NCBI GenBank assembly: GCA_021298155.1
Contig: JAJTEN010000010.1
Span: 824 to 64,823 of the forward strand
Direction: 5' to 3'
Origin: Sphingobacteriales bacterium
Lineage (GTDB): Bacteria; Bacteroidota; Bacteroidia; UKL13-3
DNA: 64,000 bases
Below are positions 1-10,441 of the stretch, piece by piece (position 1 is the stretch's first letter; the number at the start of each line of letters is the position of its first letter). Below the pieces are notes generated by a model. The model saw nothing but the letters and a program-made list of their open reading frames with translations, had not been told where the DNA came from and made no database searches. The translations under genes and the position numbers were made by a program.

Positions 1-660
1 ACGATCTTCCATATTGGCCTTTATTCTATTAATTAATGAACGATTACTGGCCCCTCCTGTTCGCATTTTCACAAAAAACTTTGGTATATAATACAGATCA
101 ATTTTATTTTTAAAAATCAAACGTAACATCAATTCATAGTCGGCTGCACTCTTCAATAAAGTATTAAAAGAACCAAATTTTTGATATACCGTTCGTTTGG
201 CAAAGAATGCAGGGTGCGGAGGCATCCAACCCTTATAAAAACTACTATTTTGATAATCGCCAGAATCCCATAAGCGAATAATTTTATTGGTATTGCTACT
301 TTTTACATAATACAAATTAGAGTAAACGGCTTCACATTGAGTTCGCTCAAAGGCTTCTACCACTTGAGATAAAACATATGGATGGGCATAAAAATCATCA
401 CTATGCAACAATGCAATAATATCTCCGGTAGCCAAAGAAATACCTTTATTTAAGGCAAAATAAACACCCTCATCTGGTTCAGAAATAAATTTATCTATGT
501 TATCTCCATATGATTTCACAATTTCTACAGTACCATCTTTTGAGCCACCATCAACCACAATGTATTCAATATCTACATTTTTCTGAGCCAATACAGATTC
601 TATGGCGTCTTTTACAAAAGCTTTATTCGAAAAAACGGCGGTAATTACTGATACTTTCAT
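1..660 (-). CDS. Glycosyltransferase family 2 (N-terminal 220 codons; gene runs off the left edge)
   Basis: Absent from the ORF track because it is open to base 1. My reverse-strand translation from ATG at 660..658 gives MKVSVITAVFSNKAFVKDAIESVLAQKNVDIEYIVVDGGSKDGT..., with no stop through base 1 (...TGGASNRSLINRIKANMEDR). This is a typical GT2 N-terminus. ATGA start/stop overlap with the upstream gene at 657-660. Confidence 0.8.
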   Translation of the reverse strand, partial: MKVSVITAVFSNKAFVKDAIESVLAQKNVDIEYIVVDGGSKDGTVEIVKSYGDNIDKFISEPDEGVYFALNKGISLATGDIIALLHSDDFYAHPYVLSQVVEAFERTQCEAVYSNLYYVKSSNTNKIIRLWDSGDYQNSSFYKGWMPPHPAFFAKRTVYQKFGSFNTLLKSAADYELMLRLIFKNKIDLYYIPKFFVKMRTGGASNRSLINRIKANMEDR

Positions 661-1481
661 GACGTCATCCGTTTATTAATGGTTGTTCTTACGGTGTCTA
701 AAAACCAACCATATTTATTAAAATACCTAAAAGCAGAAACAACATGATATTTAAGCAATTTTAAACTTTTATAAGAGCCTTTTTCATATTGATGAATGAT
801 GGATACATTTGGATAATATACCGTTTGAAATTGCATATTTATGCGCCGACTTAAATCTGTATCTTCCAAGTACATAAAAAATTGCTCATCAAAAACACCA
901 ACTATTTTAAGCACCTCCATTCTAAGTAGCATAAAGCAACCCGACAAATTAGGAACTTCCATTTGTGCATTATAGTTTTTGTGTTTTAACTCATATTGGT
1001 TCAGCCTAGCTTGCCATTTATTTTTTAAAAAACCCGGAATGAACCTACGCATAATTAAATCGAATGGCGTTGGAAATAGTTTACATAGATATTGTATTTC
1101 TCCATTGCCATACAATACTTTTGGCATAAGTAGTCCAATATTTTGATGGGCATCTAAAAAGGCAATCATCTCAGTTAATGCCGAAGCCTCAAAGATAATA
1201 TCTGGATTTAAAACCAAGTGATATTGGGTCTGACCCATGAGCTCTTTTATAGCTATGTTATGTGCCCTTCCATACCCCAAATTAGCCTGGTTAAATACAT
1301 ATTTTAGCTTGGCATGTTGCGGCAAACTATGTCTTAAACTATCATTGGGAGAATTATCTAACAAGTACAAACTGTGTGTGTTATTATAGTCTAACACGGT
1401 TTGAACCAAATCACTAATAATTTCGTAGCTGTGTTTATACACAACCAGAGAAAAACTGATTTTTGTATGGGCTTGATGCAA
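657..1481 (-). CDS. Glycosyltransferase family 2 (rhamnosyltransferase-like)
   Basis: 274-aa ORF with GT2-type segments (SFSLVVYKHS, LLDNSPND, NLGYGRAHN, MYLEDTDLSRR). The codon at 1481 is TTG, and there is no in-frame ATG until residue 82. Confidence 0.75.
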   Translation of the reverse strand: MHQAHTKISFSLVVYKHSYEIISDLVQTVLDYNNTHSLYLLDNSPNDSLRHSLPQHAKLKYVFNQANLGYGRAHNIAIKELMGQTQYHLVLNPDIIFEASALTEMIAFLDAHQNIGLLMPKVLYGNGEIQYLCKLFPTPFDLIMRRFIPGFLKNKWQARLNQYELKHKNYNAQMEVPNLSGCFMLLRMEVLKIVGVFDEQFFMYLEDTDLSRRINMQFQTVYYPNVSIIHQYEKGSYKSLKLLKYHVVSAFRYFNKYGWFLDTVRTTINKRMTS

Positions 1482-1496
1482 AATTATTTTTTGGAA

Positions 1497-2063
1497 TTAT
1501 CGTTTTTCAAATACACCATACACACAATAAGAAGCGAGCTTTTTGCTTATGAAATCCGACTTAATAAAAGTAGGTGTATATAAGAATGTAACTGTTTTAA
1601 AACCAAATTGGCTCAACAATTTATCCATTTCGGCTTCATCATAAAACTTTTTATGGTCTGGGTCCATAGTATACCCTTTTACACCAGGCACGCCTATTAA
1701 TAATTTTCCTCCTGCCTTCAAAACTCTTTTTGCCTCATTTAATGTAATGTGTGGAGCTATTAAGTGCTCCAATACATTGTCTAATATAGCCGAATCGCAA
1801 GAGTCGCTTGCAACAGGAAAAATTTCATTTTCAATCACATGTGCATCAAATCCAAGCTGCTTGCAATAGTTCACATTAAATGGATTGATATCAATGCCGA
1901 TACCATGTTTATTTACACTCAAATAATCGCCAATTCCGCATCCAATATCTAATACTTTACCTTTTAAATACTTACCTAAGTATGGATAAACGATTTTGGT
2001 TCTATACAAAAGCGCCTTTTTACTCCTGGTTTTTAGGTAATTAAAATAATCTTCGTTGGTCAT
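1497..2063 (-). CDS. Class I SAM-dependent methyltransferase
   Basis: 188 aa with SAM-binding motif I VLDIGCGIGDY and a downstream acidic/LLIGVP region. ATG start. Confidence 0.8.
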   Translation of the reverse strand: MTNEDYFNYLKTRSKKALLYRTKIVYPYLGKYLKGKVLDIGCGIGDYLSVNKHGIGIDINPFNVNYCKQLGFDAHVIENEIFPVASDSCDSAILDNVLEHLIAPHITLNEAKRVLKAGGKLLIGVPGVKGYTMDPDHKKFYDEAEMDKLLSQFGFKTVTFLYTPTFIKSDFISKKLASYCVYGVFEKR

Positions 2064-2111
2064 GCTTCAATTTGTAAAATACGATATTACAAAAAAAAAT
2101 GAGATTTGAAA

Positions 2112-3185
2112 CTATTCAGCAACTAATCTAAAATAGCCATTTTGATATTGATGAACCATATCTGTTATCGAAAAATAAACACCATCCTTGTAGGTGGCAA
2201 TAGGCTCATCTCGAATCAATTTGCTTAACGCTAATTCATCATGAGGCTCGAAAAATCTTGCTTGATAAGCCGATTTAGCAAAAATCTCCTGATGCGGTGG
2301 CAGCTTGCTTACTAAACAAGTTAATCCACACATGGCGGCCTCTAAAACTGAAAGTCCTTGCCCTTCGGATAAAGACGCAGAAATTAAGAAATCAGCCATT
2401 TTATAATAATCAGCTACATTTGGCACCTGACCCAAAAACATTACCTGATCGTTGGCAACCTTTTTACATTCATCTAGTAATGGCCCCTTCCCTAATACAA
2501 GCAAAAAAGCATCAGGTACATGCGCATTTACAAATGCTTTAATCACCATAACGGGATCTTTACGCGGAATTAAATCCCCTGCAACAATATATACTTTCGC
2601 AAAAAGCGGAATGCCCATTTTTTCTCTGTATACCTTCACCTCAGTTTCAGTAGCTTTAAAAAAAATGTTTGGGGGCACCGCATTAGGGATAACAGTAATT
2701 TCACCATACTTACTATAAGTATCTTTTAGAAAAGTAGAAACAACTGTTCTAGCCTGTGCCTGGCCAAAGCTGTGCAATTCTCTATTCGCAAAAAAACTAC
2801 CTAACAGCCTTCCATAGATTACGGTATGATTATCATGTAAAACCCCATGCACAGTTACCATCCTCTTATAGTTAGCCAAAAACTTACCAGCTAAAAACGT
2901 ACCTCTAAAACTATGCGTATGAATAAGGTTGGGAGAAATTTCTTTAACTTTATTCTTCAACTTTGAACCAATGTTTAGAACCGACTGCAAGCGAGAGCAT
3001 TTTAAGGTATGTAATGTTACCCCTAAGGCTGCAAAATCAGTCCACATTGAGTTTTGGGGCTCAGGTGACAGGGTTAATATATGCAGTTCAAACTGGTCTT
3101 TATTGATAAATTTAGCCAAATAGTAGACAACGTTTGAGAGTCCAGACCGCTCGAGAGTAGAATTTATAATTAAGACCTTGATCAT
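2112..3185 (-). CDS. Glycosyltransferase, GT-B fold (GT4-like)
   Basis: 357 aa. The C-terminal nucleotide-sugar binding region SLSEGQGLSVLEAAMCGL is typical of GT4/group 1 glycosyltransferases. Confidence 0.8.
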   Translation of the reverse strand: MIKVLIINSTLERSGLSNVVYYLAKFINKDQFELHILTLSPEPQNSMWTDFAALGVTLHTLKCSRLQSVLNIGSKLKNKVKEISPNLIHTHSFRGTFLAGKFLANYKRMVTVHGVLHDNHTVIYGRLLGSFFANRELHSFGQAQARTVVSTFLKDTYSKYGEITVIPNAVPPNIFFKATETEVKVYREKMGIPLFAKVYIVAGDLIPRKDPVMVIKAFVNAHVPDAFLLVLGKGPLLDECKKVANDQVMFLGQVPNVADYYKMADFLISASLSEGQGLSVLEAAMCGLTCLVSKLPPHQEIFAKSAYQARFFEPHDELALSKLIRDEPIATYKDGVYFSITDMVHQYQNGYFRLVAE

Positions 3186-3287
3186 TTAGTTGAACCAATT
3201 ACCTGAGAATGCAATTGTAAGAACAAATTAAAGTAATTCTCTTATTTTTACCAATTGATTAATCATAAACATTGAATAATAACAGCT

Positions 3288-4211
3288 ATGCTACAAAAGA
3301 TTATACATGTTCTTAAAACTTTGAACCAATTATCAAGCAGAAACAGGGAGTTGGCGAAAAAAATTGATGAAACCCGAATACTTCAGGCCAAATTAGTGTC
3401 GAACCAGAATTGGTTAAACAAAGAAAGTATTGTGAAAAATCTTACTTCGGCAGAATTCAGTGTGTTTTCTCAATGGGGTGATGATGGTATCATTGATTTT
3501 TTGGCTCAATATTTAGATTTTGACCACCAAACTTTTTTAGAATTTGGCGTAGAAAATTATGAAGAATCAAATACCCGTTTTTTATTGATGAATAGAAATT
3601 GGAGCGGATTTGTAATTGACGGATCCAAAACACATGTACAGTCTATAAAAAACAGTGAACTATTCTGGAAACATGAATTAACAGCTGTATGCCAATTTAT
3701 AACAAAGGAGAATATTAATCAGATTATTGAAGCAAACGGCTATACAAACAAAATAGGTTTATTACATATAGACATTGATGGTAACGATTATCACATATGG
3801 AAGGCCATAGATAAGATTTCTCCAACTTTAGTAATAATGGAATATAACAGCGTATTTGGATCAGAAAAAGCATGGACTATCCCTTATAAAGCAGATTTTA
3901 CTAGAGATCAGGCACATTACAGCCATCTCTATTGTGGTGCATCTTTGCGTTCACTATGCCTTTTAGCAGAAGAAAAAGGGTATTATTTTATTGGCAGTAA
4001 TTCGGCTGGGAACAATGCTTATTTTGTAAAGAAAGGCAAAGAAAAAGGATTAAAAATTCACAGTTGCGAAAGCGGATTTGTAGCGTCTAAATTCAGGGAG
4101 AGTAGGAATCAAAATGGTCAATTAAATTTCGTATCGGGTGAAGACCGTCTGCAATTATTAAAAGGATTATCTATATACAATACAGAAACGGAAGCGTTAG
4201 AAATCATTTAA
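3288..4211 (+). CDS. Hypothetical protein, possible FkbM-like methyltransferase fold
   Basis: 307-aa ORF with ATG start. The segment LLHIDIDGNDYHIWKAIDKISPTLVIMEYN resembles the FkbM-family K-I-D-x-E-G-x-E core. It is the only plus-strand gene inside the polysaccharide locus. Confidence 0.5.
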   Translation: MLQKIIHVLKTLNQLSSRNRELAKKIDETRILQAKLVSNQNWLNKESIVKNLTSAEFSVFSQWGDDGIIDFLAQYLDFDHQTFLEFGVENYEESNTRFLLMNRNWSGFVIDGSKTHVQSIKNSELFWKHELTAVCQFITKENINQIIEANGYTNKIGLLHIDIDGNDYHIWKAIDKISPTLVIMEYNSVFGSEKAWTIPYKADFTRDQAHYSHLYCGASLRSLCLLAEEKGYYFIGSNSAGNNAYFVKKGKEKGLKIHSCESGFVASKFRESRNQNGQLNFVSGEDRLQLLKGLSIYNTETEALEII

Positions 4212-4234
4212 CTCCCATTTTTCTTTATCAAAGT

Positions 4235-5185
4235 CTAATGAATTAGGCCATTTTTTTGCAGTACCTGAAGCAGCCACCTACTTATAAAAAGCGGGGTAAA
4301 ACAGAGCATAACAGCAGCTATCAAGGTTAATTTTTGGGGCAAATAGTATAGTCGTTTATCAAAGAAAAAAGATCGGGCAAGCGCTAATTTACCTAATTTA
4401 ATATTAGCCATTACACTTACAAATAAGTGCTTTGCAATAAATGCATTAAAGCCAGATTGATGCGCATGTAAAACAGGTTCGTTCAAAAAAACACTTTCAA
4501 ATTCTTTTATTACTGGCAACTCTTGCGAAAATGCGGATAGCGCATTAGACCGATTGGTAGCTTTCAAGTTATAAGTAGACCCCACGTAATCTGAAATAAA
4601 AACCTGATTTTTTAAAAATAACTTCATCCAAAATAAAGTATCCTCTCCATTTTTTAACCGCACATCAAATCCACCAATTTGCTCAAAAACATTTTTATGA
4701 ATACACACAGAGTTCATATTAACAGGCATGTCTAATTCACTATAATCCTTAAAAAAACAGGGTAATGTGTATATGAAATGATGATAATGTAACAGATTTC
4801 TTTCACAGGTTCTTTCCTTACCCCTTTGATCAATAATTTTATAATTATTGGCAAATACAGCTAGGTTAGCATGTTGGTCTATGTTTATTTTAAAATTCAA
4901 TAATTGATCAATCTCCCATGAATCATCTGCATCTAAAAAGCAAATCCAATTAAACTTAGCCAATGATACACCCTTATTTCTGGCAAATGAAACTCCTTGA
5001 TTTCCCTCTTGATATATACCAATTCTTGGATCACTTATCTGTTGTACAATATTCAATCCATCATCAGTAGAATTATTATCAACAACTATAAGCTCAAACC
5101 TCTCATAAGATTGCTGAAGCACAGAGCGAATTGTTTCTGTAATATGATGCGCCTTGTTGTATAATGGAATAATAATTGAGAACAT
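4235..5185 (-). CDS. Glycosyltransferase family 2
   Basis: 316 aa. The N-terminus MFSIIIPLYNKAHHITETIRSVLQQSYERFELIVVDNNSTDDG and the later LDADD are GT2 hallmarks. The C-terminus has hydrophobic helices. Confidence 0.8.
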   Translation of the reverse strand: MFSIIIPLYNKAHHITETIRSVLQQSYERFELIVVDNNSTDDGLNIVQQISDPRIGIYQEGNQGVSFARNKGVSLAKFNWICFLDADDSWEIDQLLNFKINIDQHANLAVFANNYKIIDQRGKERTCERNLLHYHHFIYTLPCFFKDYSELDMPVNMNSVCIHKNVFEQIGGFDVRLKNGEDTLFWMKLFLKNQVFISDYVGSTYNLKATNRSNALSAFSQELPVIKEFESVFLNEPVLHAHQSGFNAFIAKHLFVSVMANIKLGKLALARSFFFDKRLYYLPQKLTLIAAVMLCFTPLFISRWLLQVLQKNGLIH

Positions 5186-5190
5186 ACGCT

Positions 5191-6036
5191 TTAATTCCTT
5201 CCATTAGGGGTATTATATTTTAGCTTTCTATACAAACTAAACAAGCTGCTTTGTTTTTTTAAAACAAAGAACAACTGAATTCTAATTAGTTTGAAGAACC
5301 AATTTACTTGCAATAAAAACAATTGCCATTTTTTATCCATTGATTTTAAAATAAACACATCTTCTGCGTGCATTTTCTTAAAATTTGCTGGATTGGAAGA
5401 CAAACCTGTTTCGTTATAATGTGCTAAAATTTTATTTACGTAATAAAAACTGCTTGAACCAAACGTGTAAAATAATTTACTGAGCCAAAAAGCATCAGAT
5501 TTTATTTTTAAATCGTGGGTTTCAAAGCAACCTATGGTATCAAAACAACTCGCCCTACATATCATAGATTGGTGATTTAGATGTACTATACCAAACTTTA
5601 TATTTTTGGCAATTTGTGCATTAAACTTCTTGTGGTACTTTAAATCATCAGCTTCAACAAAAGTATTCCCGTAAATAACTTTTACCTCACTTGGAAATTG
5701 ATTTGAAAAAATTTCCCGCATCAGATTTGCATTAGCAGGAAGCCTATCGCCCATATTCATAAACCAGATCCACTCCCCTTTGGCCAATTTTACCGCTTTA
5801 TTCATAGCATCATAAGTACCGGCATCTTTCTCTACAATGAGGTGATTTATTTTACTGCTATACCTATTTATTATATCTAAAGTACCGTCTGTAGACACAT
5901 TATCAACGATGATATATTCTATGTTTGGATAGTTTTGGTTCAACACACTTTCTATAGTGGCAGCAGCCTCCTCACATACATTATAGGAAACTGATACTAC
6001 TGTAACCATTGGATATGTAAAACTGGATTCACCCAT
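5191..6036 (-). CDS. Glycosyltransferase family 2
   Basis: 281 aa with VTVVSVSYNVCEEAAATIESVLNQNYPNIEYIIVDNVSTDGT. The ATG at 6036 shares one base with the upstream stop (TAATG). An alternative ATG lies at 6009. Confidence 0.8.
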   Translation of the reverse strand: MGESSFTYPMVTVVSVSYNVCEEAAATIESVLNQNYPNIEYIIVDNVSTDGTLDIINRYSSKINHLIVEKDAGTYDAMNKAVKLAKGEWIWFMNMGDRLPANANLMREIFSNQFPSEVKVIYGNTFVEADDLKYHKKFNAQIAKNIKFGIVHLNHQSMICRASCFDTIGCFETHDLKIKSDAFWLSKLFYTFGSSSFYYVNKILAHYNETGLSSNPANFKKMHAEDVFILKSMDKKWQLFLLQVNWFFKLIRIQLFFVLKKQSSLFSLYRKLKYNTPNGRN

Positions 6037-7292
6037 TAGTTAAGCTCCATAATTTTATCCTTATCTACAGTATTAATCCTATTATATTCAGTAATAGTCT
6101 TTAAAATAAGCTGATACAATACATCAGAGAAATTTTCTAAATCTATCGTTTGCTGATGCGCAATTTGTGCCTCAGTTAATTTTGGCATATGTATACTTTC
6201 AAATAACTTATTGGACAAACTGCTCGGGTTTCTTGCTTCAAAGAATAAACAATTGGATCGGTTAATTTCTTTATTCACCGGTATATCGCTTAACACAACT
6301 CGTATACCCATAGCAAGTGCCTCATAAACTGCTCCTCCACCTGGTCCGCCCTCAAATAAAGTAGGCTGAACCAAGCTAATGGCATTTTTCATGATACGTA
6401 ATTGTAATTCTTTTGTGATATATCCCAAGAAATGTATTTTACCTTCTAATTGAAGTTCTTTAACCAATTCTTGAATAGATTGAATATATCCAGGAGCGCG
6501 ATAGTCGTGCATTTCTCCCGTGCAAATTAAATGAATATCCGTTAGCTGATATTGTTCATAAAATAGTGCCATAGCCTTAATGGCAGTAATATGGTCTTTA
6601 TGTTGCCAAAATTGATTAGAAATTAAAAAATATTTTTTGGGCAAATCTTCAGGCAAAGTAAAATCGTTGGTTGGTGTCCCATCATCTTTATATAGCGGGC
6701 AAAATGGAAGAGCAATAACATTGGCCTTCGTTTGCGGAAAAAATTGATGAGCATCATTTTTAACTGCTTGGGCGTTCACCATAATTACCTTTGCATCATC
6801 TTGCATAGCTGAAAATAAGCGATCTCGCAATTGTAATTCTTTTTCAGAAAAGAAATGAGGAAAATATTTGTGCTGAAAATCATATAAATAACCTACCCAT
6901 GGCACACTAAATCCTTTTCCTACAGAATGAAAACAGGGCAGTAAAATGTCTATATTACGTTGAATTAACTCCTTTTCTAAATTATTTATATGGAACGGGT
7001 AAGTTACAAATTGTACATCACAATCTTGGGCAAGCGTTTTCTTCGCACCTTCAATATCTAATGGCTTGGGCAATTGCAAACTATACTTTTGAACACCAAG
7101 CAACTTATTAATACTGCGCTTTACAAAAACCTTAAAATAGTCATATTTCGAATTTTTTTTCTCTGGAATAAACACAAAAATTACCAATGGTGTATGCTTA
7201 TTGATTTGATGTAAGCCTTTTAGAATAATGCGCAAAAAATCAATACCACCAGCCCATTCAATAAAAATATCTGCATGTATTCCTATCCGCAT
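6036..7292 (-). CDS. Glycosyltransferase, GT-B fold (GT1/GT4-like)
   Basis: 418 aa. C-terminal motif LVQPTLFEGGPGGGAVYEALAMGIRVV (EX7E-type). It abuts the upstream gene. Confidence 0.7.
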   Translation of the reverse strand: MRIGIHADIFIEWAGGIDFLRIILKGLHQINKHTPLVIFVFIPEKKNSKYDYFKVFVKRSINKLLGVQKYSLQLPKPLDIEGAKKTLAQDCDVQFVTYPFHINNLEKELIQRNIDILLPCFHSVGKGFSVPWVGYLYDFQHKYFPHFFSEKELQLRDRLFSAMQDDAKVIMVNAQAVKNDAHQFFPQTKANVIALPFCPLYKDDGTPTNDFTLPEDLPKKYFLISNQFWQHKDHITAIKAMALFYEQYQLTDIHLICTGEMHDYRAPGYIQSIQELVKELQLEGKIHFLGYITKELQLRIMKNAISLVQPTLFEGGPGGGAVYEALAMGIRVVLSDIPVNKEINRSNCLFFEARNPSSLSNKLFESIHMPKLTEAQIAHQQTIDLENFSDVLYQLILKTITEYNRINTVDKDKIMELN

Positions 7293-7937
7293 TTATTTAA
7301 TCTTTTTAGCAGGAATTCCAACATATGTTCCAGGTTCGGTGATACTTTTAGTTACTACACATCCAGCTCCAATAATAGTTCCATCTGGTATCTGAATTTT
7401 TTCTACCAAAGTTGCATTGGTTCCAATAAAAACATTGTTTCCAATAACAACATTACCGGAAATATTGCAACCAGGAGAAATCGTACAAAAATCGCCAATC
7501 TGCGTATCATGCCCAATCGTTGAACCCAAATTAATATGTGTAAATTTCCCGATGTGTGTATCCGTTGTCAGATAAATTCTAGGGCAAATAATAGACCCCT
7601 CATCAACGCTCACTTTTCCTGGCCTTTTGTCAAAATCAAGTTTTGGATCAATAAAAACAGGAAATTTAATGTTAGAAAATCCTTTTAATTGTTCAACAAT
7701 TTTTTTACGTATAAGCGGACTTCCTACCGCAACATAAACTGTTATTTCAGGTTTTTCTGAAGCCCATTTAAAAAATGCCTCATCTGAAATTACAGGAACA
7801 CCATTTATAACTTCACCAACAAAGTCTCGTCCAACAAAATAATCAGTAGCATAATGTTTTTGCTGCATCAAGTTTGATTCAATAAGATACCAATCCACTT
7901 CTTTAGCAAAACCAGCTGAACCAAAAATTACATTCAT
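7293..7937 (-). CDS. Sugar N-acetyltransferase, hexapeptide-repeat (NeuD/PglD-like)
   Basis: 214 aa. Left-handed beta-helix hexapeptide repeats IGDFCTISPGCNISGNVVIGNNVFIGTNATL follow a small N-terminal Rossmann-like domain. ATGA overlap with the aminotransferase gene. Confidence 0.8.
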   Translation of the reverse strand: MNVIFGSAGFAKEVDWYLIESNLMQQKHYATDYFVGRDFVGEVINGVPVISDEAFFKWASEKPEITVYVAVGSPLIRKKIVEQLKGFSNIKFPVFIDPKLDFDKRPGKVSVDEGSIICPRIYLTTDTHIGKFTHINLGSTIGHDTQIGDFCTISPGCNISGNVVIGNNVFIGTNATLVEKIQIPDGTIIGAGCVVTKSITEPGTYVGIPAKKIK

Positions 7938-9028
7938 GCTTTAAAAGTTAAAATAGTATCACAAACATATTTTACTTGTTCTTCGCTTAAACCTGGATAA
8001 CTAGGAAGGTTAATTCCGCGCCATCCTAAATTCTCTGCCACAGGAATATGTTGAAAATTCTTATTATACATTGGCATAGTGTGTACCGGATAAAACAAAG
8101 GCCTTGTTTCTATTCCTGCCAAAGCCAAGTGGTCACGCAATGGATCTCTTAATTTAGAATCTGGAACCAATACAGAAAACATCCAATATGTATGCAAAAC
8201 TTGCTGATCTTGCTCATGAAAAGATAGAAATGAATGTTGCAAGTATTTTTTATACCATGCTACTACTTGTAATTTTTTATCTATAAAGGTTTGCAATTGC
8301 TCAAATTGAGCTAGTCCAATGGCCGCACATATATTAGTCATTCTGTAATTATACCCAATTACATCATGCCAATATTGCCTATGCTTTGCCAAGCCTTGTC
8401 CCTTAAAATGGTTAATTCTTTCATGTAAGGTTTCATTGTTAGACAATACCATACCCCCCTCTCCTGTAGTCATGGTTTTATTTCCAAAAAAACTAAAGGT
8501 TGATATATCACCAAATGAACCAACTTTTTTACCTGCATAGCAAGACCCAATGGCCTCAGCGCAATCTTCTATTAAAAACAAATCGTGCAACTTACACAAT
8601 TTAGAAAGGGCATCCATATCGCATGGATGTCCGTATAAATGCACAGCCAAAATCGCTTTGGTCTTTGCTGTAATTTTTTTTGCTACATCTTCTGGATCCA
8701 TTTGCCATGTATTTGGCAAACTATCAACAAAAATTGGGGTGGCACCTACATACGCAATAGCGTTAACCGAAGCTATATAGGTAAGTGTTGGAACAATCAC
8801 CTCATCCCCTTCACCAATACCTAAGGCAAGCATAGCCAAATGAATGGCCACTGTTCCATTTGATACCGCCGATCCAAACTTGCAGCCGATGTAGCTAGAA
8901 AATTCTTGTTCAAACTTACTTATAAAACTACCTTTAGATGAAATCCATGTAGAGTCGATACACTCATTTACATATTTTTTTTCATTTCCAGTTAATGAGG
9001 GCTGGTAAATTGGGATGGTAATTTCCAT
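7934..9028 (-). CDS. DegT/DnrJ/EryC1/StrS-family PLP-dependent sugar aminotransferase
   Basis: 364 aa with family-typical segments (NGTVAIHLAMLALGIGEGDEVIVP, FSFFGNKTMTTGEGG carrying the PLP lysine region). Confidence 0.9.
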   Translation of the reverse strand: MEITIPIYQPSLTGNEKKYVNECIDSTWISSKGSFISKFEQEFSSYIGCKFGSAVSNGTVAIHLAMLALGIGEGDEVIVPTLTYIASVNAIAYVGATPIFVDSLPNTWQMDPEDVAKKITAKTKAILAVHLYGHPCDMDALSKLCKLHDLFLIEDCAEAIGSCYAGKKVGSFGDISTFSFFGNKTMTTGEGGMVLSNNETLHERINHFKGQGLAKHRQYWHDVIGYNYRMTNICAAIGLAQFEQLQTFIDKKLQVVAWYKKYLQHSFLSFHEQDQQVLHTYWMFSVLVPDSKLRDPLRDHLALAGIETRPLFYPVHTMPMYNKNFQHIPVAENLGWRGINLPSYPGLSEEQVKYVCDTILTFKA

Positions 9029-9079
9029 TAATCAACGTATTAAGTGAATTGTAAACAATTGGCAACTTAATACTTTTCA

Positions 9080-10441
9080 TTATTTTAACCAAACGCCTTT
9101 TGCTTTCTTCGTGATGATTAAATAATACTGAAGTGGCCCTAAAACCACCCCTAATAACAAACACACAATATTGGCTGCAAGTACACCATCGGCCTCAAAA
9201 AAAGGTAAGTTACAAAAATAAACAGATAGTGGTATGCTAATGATACCCAAGAAAATGGCACCTATTAATTGAACCCTAATTTTTCCAATACCATTTAGAA
9301 AATAGGAAAATATATTATTAAAAGTAACCACACTCGCAAATACCGCATAATAAAAAACCAATTTAGAAGAGGCTTTAAAATGATTGCCTAACCAAAACAT
9401 ACTTATTGGCTCAAAAAACCAATACATTGTCCATATCAATAGTAAAAACAAAACCCATATTGCCAATAAACGTTTTATTGTTATTTGAACCCAACTTATT
9501 TCATTTTTATAATACGCCTCTGTAAATCCAGCCCAAAACGGACCTAATACAATCACAAAAGCCATAATAGGTATAGAATAATACTTACTTACCACACTTA
9601 ACTCAGCAACTTGTTCTGGACCAAAAAGCTGAGCCACAATAATATTATTAGCGGTAAACATAAGTACAAAGGCAATTTGAATAAAGAAAAATTGCACTCC
9701 TTTACTAAATAATTGGCCAGAAAGTACCAAATCTACATTGCGCCAAGTTGGACGATATGCGCTTAGTGATCCGACGTTAAAATAATACACGCTAGCTAAG
9801 ACCAACAGAACTATTGGAGCTACACTACTGATCATTGCCACCATAAACAGAGAAGGCCATTTTACTTGAATCAGAAAGTATAAAAATCCAATAATACATA
9901 TTTGAGTAATCAACTCTATTACTGTACTTGCCGAGTATTGTTGATTGGATGCCAAGGCCGTATTTAAAATTGATAAGGCTAATTTAAATGCAAATGACAA
10001 AAATACCAATTGAATAATAATTGGGAAATTGGGTATGCTAGACTGATTAAAATTCAAAATTTTACCCCAATCTAAAAACGGATTCACACATTCAAATACC
10101 AACACAAAAAAGAGGCTAGTAAAAATGATAATAGCATATGTTGTGCTTAAAAATTTATTCGCTTTTTCTATTTGTTTTTCAGCGATAGCTTGTGTAAATA
10201 AATTTTTAAACCCATTACTCAAACCAATATCAAGAAAATACAACCAACCCAGCATGGAAGACAATGTTTGCCATATTCCAAATTCCTCCTTACTTAGTAA
10301 CTGCAGCATCATAGGAACCATGAGAATGCCAATTACAGCAATACCCCCTTTTGTAAAAAATGAAAGAATTACATTTTTAAACATCAAGTGGGTTCGACCC
10401 AATTTATTGCCACTAAAAAGAATTTTTATTTTATGCAACAT
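9080..10441 (-). CDS. wzx: Polysaccharide flippase (MOP/Wzx-like)
   Basis: 453 aa, polytopic (about 12 or more hydrophobic helices). Position and topology are typical of Wzx. 11-nt overlap with the upstream gene; an alternative ATG lies at 10384. Confidence 0.75.
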   Translation of the reverse strand: MLHKIKILFSGNKLGRTHLMFKNVILSFFTKGGIAVIGILMVPMMLQLLSKEEFGIWQTLSSMLGWLYFLDIGLSNGFKNLFTQAIAEKQIEKANKFLSTTYAIIIFTSLFFVLVFECVNPFLDWGKILNFNQSSIPNFPIIIQLVFLSFAFKLALSILNTALASNQQYSASTVIELITQICIIGFLYFLIQVKWPSLFMVAMISSVAPIVLLVLASVYYFNVGSLSAYRPTWRNVDLVLSGQLFSKGVQFFFIQIAFVLMFTANNIIVAQLFGPEQVAELSVVSKYYSIPIMAFVIVLGPFWAGFTEAYYKNEISWVQITIKRLLAIWVLFLLLIWTMYWFFEPISMFWLGNHFKASSKLVFYYAVFASVVTFNNIFSYFLNGIGKIRVQLIGAIFLGIISIPLSVYFCNLPFFEADGVLAANIVCLLLGVVLGPLQYYLIITKKAKGVWLK

